NCBI RefSeq assembly: GCF_009914755.1
Contig: NC_060933.1
Source: the human T2T-CHM13v2.0 reference genome, Homo sapiens
Length of the DNA: 64,000 nucleotides
Reading direction: 5' to 3' (one strand)
The notes below the pieces were generated by a model, which had not been told where the DNA came from, did no database searches, and was given only the letters and a program-made list of their open reading frames with translations. A program made the position numbers and the translations under genes. This document shows, in pieces, positions 14,669 through 64,000 of the stretch. Numbering within the stretch: the stretch's first letter is position 1; each line of letters opens with the position of its first letter.

Positions 14669-14997
<329 letters not shown>

Positions 14998-15448
14998 TAG
15001 AACATTAGTCTTCCTCTTCCCTCACTCCCTTCTTTTCTTCTTTCCTTCTTTCACTCTTTTCCTCATTTTTTCCTTTATTTATTGAGAACAAGCTTGATTT
15101 TAGCTGCCTAAGAGTTTGTAAGAGACCCTCTGGGTGTATCAGTTGAAAATTGATGGGTTCGTTTTTGGAAACAGGGGGCACCAGAGATGGGCAACCTGGG
15201 AAGATGAGTGTGAGCTGAGGACTGGACATCCAGCAGCAACATAGGCAGGGAGAGTTTGCCACTTTGTGATTCTTTTATTCCTTTCTTTTCTTTCCCTTCT
15301 TCTCCTCCTCCCTTCCCTTCTTCCTCCCTCCCTTCCCTCCTTTGCTCCTTTCCCTCTTCCTTCTTTCCCTTCCAATTCTCCTTTCTCTTTCTTTCTCTTC
15401 ATGGCCAAACACTTTCTCTTGGGACAGATAAAACCAGAATGCAGCATC

Positions 15449-15943
<495 letters not shown>

Positions 15944-15984
15944 CAGTGTAGGAGAGATCAGGTTTTTTGAGACTTTAAATATCT

Positions 15985-17460
15985 TGAAAATGTCATTATT
16001 ATTCACATTTTATTAATATTTTGGCCGGGTGTAGAATTACAGGTTAGAAACAATTTTCCTTCAGAAATTGGAAGGCATTGCTTCACTGTCTTCTTGCTTT
16101 CTGTGTTTCTGTTGAGATCTATACAACCGTTCTAATTCCTGTTTTCCAATTTGTTTTCTTTTTTTTCTGGAAACTTGGAGAGTATTTTTCTCCAGACGTA
16201 GGGCTCTACTGACAGTATACTCTATTTCCATCCATTCTCCTGGGTTCTAGGTAGGCTGTTTCAATGTAACAACTCACACTCTTTAGTTCTGGATATTTTG
16301 TCTTGAATAATTTATGATTATGCCATCCTATTTTCTCCATTTTATCCTTCTGGAACAACTGTTTTTGGACATTGGACATCCTTCCTCTCCTGTCTTCTCT
16401 TTGTGCTCTTCTTTCTGCAAGGCACCCCAAATTTATCTTCCAAAGTTTATTTAGTTGTTGTTGTTGTAACTTCTCTCATGTTTTTAATTTCTAAAAGCTT
16501 ATTTTTGTTCTATGAATGTCCTTATTGATAATACCTTGTTCTTGTTTCCTGGCTGCAATAGTTACATCTATCTCTCTGAATACATTGATATATTTTTTTT
16601 TCCTCTCTGCATACGTTCTGTTTCCCTGTGCTGATATTTTTCTGTTTTGTTTGTTTGTTTTGGTCTGCATTTTCCATGTTAAGAGGCTTTCCACAAATAC
16701 CCAGTGATCCTTGGATTGCTCAGGGGAGCTAAAAACCTGATTTAAAGTTCTGAATGTGGGGAAGAACTTGTCAACTTTGAACCTTACTGTAGGGTGATCA
16801 GGGGAGCCATTTGTTGTAAACATACCTGATGTCAATATCTTTAGGGCTTTCCTCTTGTTAGGTCAGCCCTTCGGAGAAAAGTCTCTCAATCTCTGGAGGA
16901 TAAAGGATCAGTGTTACGAAAGCTGAGTGAGGAGTATTAGCATTTAGCATTCGGCACTCAGAATAGATGATGTCATCAGTTCCGCCAAATTTTGAACAGC
17001 ACCAACACGTGTGACTGCACCCAGTGGCATTCCTCACTCTAGAAGCCCTCTGTTTTTCTCACTCAAGAAAACACATCACCAGACTCCGCACAGGGTAATA
17101 ATGGTGTAGCATGGGAGAATGGTGTAGCATGGGAGAAGCAGCAGGACAGAGCTGCTTCTCAGACTGCATTCACACCACTTTGCCTCACAGCACCATTTGA
17201 GGTACCAACTTGTATCACTTCCTGAGTCTTCTGAGAAATCCAGGATGTATATCTGAATTGTTCACAACTCTCCCCCAGGACTGACCTAGGATTCAGCTTT
17301 CTTAGGTGTGTTAACTTGGAACTCAATTATATCAATATTCCATTATCCATCTGCTTTCCAGCTTCACAATTTTGATGGTATTGTCTTCTGTTCTTGTGGA
17401 TAGATTTAAAAGTCCCTTTGACTCTATTATTAATGGGATTTTAGGAAGGAGAGAAATGAT
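15985..17460 (-). mobile_element. Ancient L1M fragments
   Basis: ttggccgggtgtagaattacaggttag...ttttccttcagaaattggaaggcattgcttcactgtcttct; T-rich strand bias. Confidence 0.5.
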
Positions 17461-18039
17461 ATGCTATGTCACCCTAGAAAGCATTCAATATTTCTCATTC
17501 TTAACCAAATTAACCTCAATCTTATGCACAGTTTGCTAATCTGTGGATGTTTTGCTGTTGGATTTGTATGTTTTAGTTTTGCTTTTACCTTTTCTTGCTT
17601 CCTCAGTGTCTATGGCTCTAAAAGTGCTAATTAAATGAGAGTGGTTTCGAGGCAATAACAAGGCAGGAGGTGGGCTGAAACATATTCCTGCAAGGGCCAT
17701 ATTTTACTTGACCTTCAATACTCCTGGCAGGCAAGAGTTTTGGCCACATGCATTCTTTTTCTTCTGCGACATTTATCTCCCATGGTGTTAGCACCATACT
17801 CCCCTTGCTTGGAGCCTCAAGGGGAGTGTATCAGTAAACAGAGATGGGGTGGAGTGAGGAAGACAAAGCAGGAGGGCCCAGCCTCCCTTCCCACAGCGAG
17901 CTTCCAGGCTGAAGCAGACCCGAGCTGGAGGAGGGAGAAGACTTGGCACCACCAAGTTGGGCTTGGCATTTTGATTACTACATGGGAATTCTCATCTGAA
18001 TATATGTTTGCAACTTAAACATAGTATATGTTTTTAACC

Positions 18040-18535
18040 CAGAGCAAGGATCCTGACCATGAACCAGCTCATTGGGTCTGTAGATAGAAATCCCTATTTC
18101 AATCTTGAATAATACAAAAAAAATTACATGTTTATTTTCAGTAAACTCTAACTTAAACTTAACATTTCATTTAATATGAAAGGCTGGCAACTAAACCTTG
18201 GTAGTATTATCAGCACCTGTGAGTGTCACCAAGAGAAATCACAGATATTTATAGCTCACCGAAGTCTTGCAGATGTCTTGAAATACTGTTTACCTTCATC
18301 CCTAAGTCAAAATCATGGTGGTTTTAAGACCTATCACCAGATCTTGTAGTTTCATGTGCCATTAAAGCAGCAGTAATCCTGCTAGTATCACAAATTTCAA
18401 AAAGTATTTTGGAAACAGTTTTTCAATATCATTGGTTTTCTTTAAAATACTTATTTTATTCATTCAAAAACATGATTCTGAGAGGTTCCTGGGCTTCAAA
18501 GAGGTCCGTGGCACAGTAATCTTAAAACCCTGATC
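18040..18535. mobile_element. hAT-Charlie DNA transposon relic
   Basis: gagtgtcaccaagagaaatcacagatatt...gggcttc..gaggtccgtggcaca...aaccctgatcta. Confidence 0.5.
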
Positions 18536-21196
18536 TAGAGGAATCAGAAAAGTCATGAGCCTGCTGAAGTGTGCATCCATGGAGGAGAAAGTTTACCCCC
18601 CACTCAATAAAGTGTAAAAGGAGGCTGGAATCACTGGACATGCCAGGCACACAAGGGAAGTGATCATGACAACCCAGTCTAATAAAGTGCTGTGATGGGC
18701 ACTGGGGCAGATATGCATGGAGGAGAGGATCTGGCTCAGACTTTGGGGTTGGACACAGCTGCTGGAAGTGATCTCTGATTTGAGGTGTGCAGGATGTACA
18801 GAAGTTGGGTAGGGAAACTCGAGTGGACAATGGTATTCCAAGCAGAAAGCAAAGCCTAAGTAAACAGCTGGAGGTGAGCGAGCATGGAGTGTATAAGGAA
18901 CAGTTTCCTGTGCCCCAGTGTAGACTTCAGGATGGAGAAATGTGGGAGGAGGCAGAATGTGGAACTTCCTTTTGTTTACGAGTTTGATGTCGACCCCCAA
19001 CAGAATGTAATCTCTTTGAGAGTCTGTCTTATCCACTGTGTATCCCCACTGTCTAGAATAGTACTCAGGACACAGTGGGGCTCAGTAAATATTGACTGAC
19101 TTGGTGAGTGAACAGGCAGGAACCAGATCACAGAGAGCCTTCGACATCATGTTAAGAAGATTTTAGATTTTATCTAAAGGGTAAAACATCCATTTCTAAA
19201 ATGAGCAAGAAGAGATTTGTGGCAAATTAAATAACATAAATTTTACCCCTAAAATCAAACAGGAACTACTCATAAGACTCTCTTTGAAAAGGTAATTATC
19301 CAGCTCTCAAGTTCTACTCCATTGCCCAGCAATGGGAAAACGTGCAGGAAAACTTGGACTTAAAGATATTCAGAAAGCCAACATCCCAAGGACAATGAGG
19401 AACTCTGTAAATCTTAAGTCAAATGCTGTGAAATGTGGCTCATGAACTACCAGCCAGACAGATCACAAGTTAAAGGGCCTTACAACTAAATTCCCACCTC
19501 TACAAAAAATTAGTATAAACTCACAAATAAATCTTACATGTGGATGCAAAAAAAAATTGCAGAGAAAAATAAAGAAAATGGTTATTCCTAGAATTTTGCA
19601 TTTGAAAATTTATCTTACTCTGTAATATCAAGTTGAAGTATTTTTATCTTTTTCTCCATTTTCAGCTATGGAAACATATTTTAATGCTGGTCTCTGGAAA
19701 GAAAAGTTGTTCTTTTTATTTTAAATCTTGCAAAATGATATGCTTTCCTGGGGATTCATTCCCATCGTGTGGATTTGGGGATGTATCTATGGGCAATCTT
19801 TCTTTTTCAACAAGCTATTAGTCATATTATAAAGTTTGGTTTCCATTTAGTTAGAGAATTCCATTATCCCACTACCACTTTTGCTATCATTTAGATTCAA
19901 AATCCCAGTCAGACTCTAATATATTCCTCATTCCTTCCACTACTTGATCCTAGCAGCCATTAGTAAATGGAGATCCTACCCTAATCATGATTCCATTCAC
20001 ACTTTTCCATTCTAACTTTCAGACCCTTATTTCTCTCTCAGTTGTTTCCTCCTCTGTTAATCCACCCTACACAATAACCTATCCTATATGATACCCCAAC
20101 TTTGTGTCCATTGAAACACCAAGAAAGTACGTGAAAGGTAGTCAATGAACTTATGTCAAAGAGAATCCTCTAAAATGTTCTATCCCCCATGTGACCTGGC
20201 ACACTTTTGGAGTTCTGTTATTCATTGGTGGCCGTACCCAGGGTTTTGAACAAGACTGATGCAGCCAATGGTGCTGCAAAAATGTTTTGTTTTTTTAATT
20301 GAGGGCAATCAAAGTGTCAGGCATGATTCAAGACCTTTACATACATTAACTCATTCAGTTCTCAGAACAACTCCACAAGAAAGGTACTGTTACCATTCTT
20401 ATTTTACAAATAAAGAAGCTGGGATACACAGAGGTTAAGTCCCTTGTTCATAGTTACCCTACTACATCTGAGGCCAGGTTCAAACCAGGCAGGCTGGCCT
20501 CAGAGCTCATACCCATTGATATTATACTGCCTCGTACTTATATTGTCCACCATCATCATGTATGTGTGTCTGTGTGTGTGTGTTGGTGGTGGTGGGTGTT
20601 GGCAGACACTCTTTGCAAAGCCTACCTTATTTAACCAGTTAATTCCTTGACCATCCATTCAACAATTAGGACAATTAAAGTATCAAGCACTGCATACAAC
20701 AGAAGGGAGGCGGCAGTAGACAAAAGTGGCTAAGGACATGGGGCATCTGTCTATGTAATAAGTAAAAGGACAAGAAGGATGTTGACACATTTTAAAAGGT
20801 ACAACAGGAGTGAGGGCAGGTAGCCTCAGCCTATTGGGGTGCATGGGAATGTGGGGGTAGAAAGAAAGGGGTGAGAATCAGAGAAAAGGTCTAACTCCTC
20901 AGAGGATGTGCGGATGGCCAGAACACTGACATTCTTCTACAGAGGCCTCACTATTCCTGGCTGTCCTGTCCCAAGCTGGTCTACCTGCTGCCCTGTTGGC
21001 CAGGATGACTTGTCTGTGCCACAGCACTGAATACCAGGCGTGCATTCTTCTCTCCCAACACTCGGCTTGCCATGGCCAGAAAAGACAAGTGTTTTAGAGG
21101 TATGGTTTCAGGCAGACACATCCTAGAATTAAAATTACTTCAGGGATATCTGCAGTAAAGCTGAAGGAAACACTCAAAAGGCCAAAGGAAGCAAGC

Positions 21197-21202
21197 TTTA
21201 TT
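21197..21202 (-). terminator. Polyadenylation signal AATAAA, likely the main RASEF site
   Basis: + strand tttatt, with a GU-rich element ~20-40 nt downstream on the minus strand. Confidence 0.7.
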
Positions 21203-23181
21203 GAATTTACAACGTAGAAAATATTTGTAGTTCCTTAGACATTTGCATTGCTATAAAAATTACACTTTATGGTATAATTATTAAGGTTTGAAGAGAAATA
21301 AACAGTATAAACGAAATATGGCCCACACAATGAAAATGTAAACCATATAAATCAAAATCATAAAACAATTATTCAATACTCAGAGGCCTACTTAATATAT
21401 ACATATGAAATTTCTTACACACACACAATAAATGCCCACAAAAACCATCACTGAAGCCGATCACTGTACAAATATGAAAATAAATCTTTATCTTTAACCT
21501 CAATTTTATCTTCAGCAGGAGGGTTGTGCAACTTGGGTTTATGCAGATCACATCAAGTGTTAAATAATCAAATGTCACATATGTCATATAAAGCAGCAAG
21601 TGAAAAAAATAAATTATGAAAATGCATGGGCTAAAAGTTAACAGTGAAAAATATCTCCTTATCCAACATTATTTTCCACAATGAAATTAAAATATTTTAC
21701 AATGTATCAGGATACATTTAAAAAAGGACTGTAGTATAACTATGATTTTAAAATATCTTAAAGAAAAACAGGGACAAGGTGAATAACTTCCATAGTAATA
21801 TGCAAATGTATCAAGTTAAGTCTAAGATAAAAACATTAAATATTTTTGTTCTTACTGAAAATGTGCTTTAAATTTGAGAACACCTTCATGAAATCAAAAC
21901 GTTGGTAATAATCATGAATCTCCCAGCATACAGAGCTTTAAGAAGCTTCTCTTTAAACATGATTGCTAACCAGAGCTCTAAGTCTCTAATTTGGATTATG
22001 TTACCAAAATATTTATCAGGGCTCAAATACTTAAAGATGATCAAAGGCACTGGTGTAATCTCATCAACGTGGCTATACTGACAGGACAATCCAGAGGTAA
22101 AGACTATGAAAATACTTCTGTATTATGGTATACTCTTTCACAGATTGTAAAACAAATATAAAGAGACACTTTGGAGAGAATAAATAAAGGCAACACAGTA
22201 ACATATAAACTAACACAGTTTTGTGCAACTGCACCAAAACCTAAACATGTGTCCCATATATCAGCATCTACATATATCTGATCCAATGTCATCAAAAGAT
22301 GCCACTAAGACAAACAGCCATGGCAAAAGTTTTCCCATGCCACATAAATAATACCCCCCTTATTTTGAAAAATTTCCCATATGCAAGACATTCTTTATGA
22401 TCAGAAATGTAATCTTTTCTTTTTCTGGAACCAGGAAACAGGAATTCATGGCAGAGTTACTGAGGATAGATCCAACTTTCCAGCAAAAATATCAGATGTC
22501 TTCAATAGAGAGAAGGCATGTTTATAAAAGTTAAATGATGTTGTAGCTATTTATAATCTTTGCCTGTAACTATCCGGTCAATTCCCATTTTTTCAAAAAA
22601 CTGATGCTTGCGGAATTTAAGGTTCTATCACAAACACCGTGAACAGAAAAAAGATTGCTACATGGAATTGTTTCGATTCAACAAAAATAAATGTTTTTAG
22701 CTTATATAATACAATAAATAACAGCTACTTTTTAAGTTCCTTCAGCAAGCTACTTGGGGCCTGGACCTAGATGAAGCAAGGTAAATTAGAATCTTTTGTT
22801 GTAGCCCACCCTAGGCTCAAGTGTTGACTCCTTTGGCTCTTAGAGGCATCTCAGTGGGGAGGTCTGGGAAGCAATGCAGGTTCTGGAAGGAGAGTAGGCC
22901 CAACCAGGTCACTGGTGATGATGAGCCACTAGTCACATTAAACAAAGGACCCTGACTCACCTTTCCTAATGGTGATTCCTCTTTCAAGGACATTATTTCA
23001 AAACCATGCATAGAATTTCTTTCATTGATTATTACTTAAGGAAGTTAATGTTAGCAACCAGGGAGTTAGGGGACTTGCATTACATTACAGGTTATGCTTC
23101 TAAACCATGGGAAGGTTTGAAATCAGCAGGGATACGAAAATGAAAATTTTGCAAAATGTTACATCACTCTAAGTACTAGCA

Positions 23182-23380
23182 TTTTTTTTAGTGAGATAAT
23201 TCACAACCATAAAATTCACCCTTTCAAAGTATACAATTCAGTGGTTCCTAGTACATTCAAACAGTTATACAACTATCACCACTATTCCAATTCCAGAACA
23301 TTCTCATCATCGCCCAAAGAAACCACATACCTATTAGCAGTCACTCCCCATCCTCCCTTTCTCAGCCCCTGGCAACCACT
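23182..23380 (-). mobile_element. L1MB-type 3' end embedded in the RASEF 3'UTR
   Basis: gagataattcacaaccataaaattcaccctttcaaagtatacaattcagtgg...cagcccctggcaaccact. Confidence 0.75.
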
Positions 23381-24251
23381 CCCTTAAGTGAAGAGTGACA
23401 ACTTTCCTGGGCATTGTGCTTTCAGTAGTATGTGGCTTTACATGTTTCCATTAGAATTTTTAACACCAAATTCAAGCAGTGAGCTTTGTAACTATTCTGA
23501 GATTATGAAATATCCTTTTATATACAACTATTTTTGTCTCAAACATGTTTCTTTATACATAAAAAATAGATATTTCTGTTTCCATTTTTTAATCAAATTC
23601 TGTCCTTATTTCAGAAGTGAGAAAAATCAATACTCCAATATTAAAAAGCAGGAATAACCATAGTTCTATTATTAACTGTGGGCCACCACACTCTCTGTCC
23701 TACTGCTTCCCACAGAATCTGAGGTGCCAAGGGCTGCAAGGCCTTTGAGGGCAAGCTGCACATTTTACAGATGAAGAAACAGATCCGACATGGGCTTGTG
23801 ATATGTCCAAGGTCACAAGGCCAGTTAACAGCAAAGCTAGGATGAGAATCCCTTCTTACTAGAACTTTAGTATCAAATATTTAAATGCTGACTTTGTGGG
23901 TAACCTAATTCAGCCACCACATGAATCTAATTATGTCAGTTTCCTCTACAGCTTTGATCTGAGCATGTGATTTCTTTTTTTTTACCATTTTAAAAACATT
24001 TACATGTTATCTTTTAAGACCTGTAAGGACATGACTAGTCTATTTAGCCAGAGGGCCCAAATCACTCACTGAGACAAAACAAAGAAGAGCCAAAGTTCCA
24101 GAGGGACCTGAGAGCTGGGTTCAGGTTTCCTGCACTGTAACTCTCCATAGGACAGTGTCAGTAGGATGTGCCACTCTGTTAAGAGCCAAATAAGTCACAC
24201 AAATTCAGTATTCTGGAAATGAAGACTTCACAGGCCAAGGATGTTTGGGAT

Positions 24252-63989
<39,738 letters not shown>

Positions 63990-64000
63990 CTGAAATTCAA

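Larger units (their letters stand above)
21170..24251 (-). other. RASEF: RASEF 3' UTR (~3.1 kb; 3' end approximate)
   Basis: Runs from the stop codon to AATAAA at 21197-21202, followed on the minus strand by a U/GU-rich tract (cttttgagtgtttccttc). Length agrees with recollection of the mRNA. Confidence 0.7.

Noticed and set aside
17101-17136. Exact 18-bp tandem duplication (similar ones at 37802-37849, 43329-43369, 60657-60695)
   Set aside because: Ordinary two-copy slippage events away from any functional site.
18522-19099. Overlapping 102-147 aa ORFs in intergenic DNA
   Set aside because: They overlap L2-like relic sequence and show no recognisable protein motif.
22817-23657. Small ORFs in or antisense to the 3'UTR (22817..23011, 23388..23657)
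   Set aside because: Short, no domain or coding signal; expected by chance.

Overview
Primate (almost certainly human) genomic DNA: AT-rich, CpG-poor and dense in Alu, L1, L2, MIR, MaLR-LTR and DNA-transposon relics. The only protein-coding gene is RASEF (RAB45, a large EF-hand/coiled-coil Rab GTPase) on the minus strand. I traced 15 coding exons (exons 3-17 in the usual numbering) from 63989 to the TAA at 24252, with consistent phases and 1645 coding nt in total. They cover the coiled coil, the linker, a complete Rab G domain (GDAAVGKS / WDTAGQE / GNKAD / ETSAK) and the C-terminal CCNG prenylation motif. The ~3.1 kb 3'UTR ends near AATAAA at 21197-21202. Exons 1-2 (EF hands) lie beyond the right edge, and 1-21 kb is repeat-rich intergenic DNA. 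I found no support for a new biological system. The best leads are: a GC-AG intron inside the G3/switch-II region; the Cys262 allele; a ~140-bp templated copy of intron 15 pasted into an Alu monomer in intron 16; a weak exon-11 acceptor with a duplicated branch-point block; an in-frame ATG in intron 11 that could give a Rab-only isoform; and possible intron-16 polyadenylation removing the prenylation motif. Repeat family names come from remembered consensus motifs. Subfamily calls and boundaries without target-site duplications (TSDs) are approximate.
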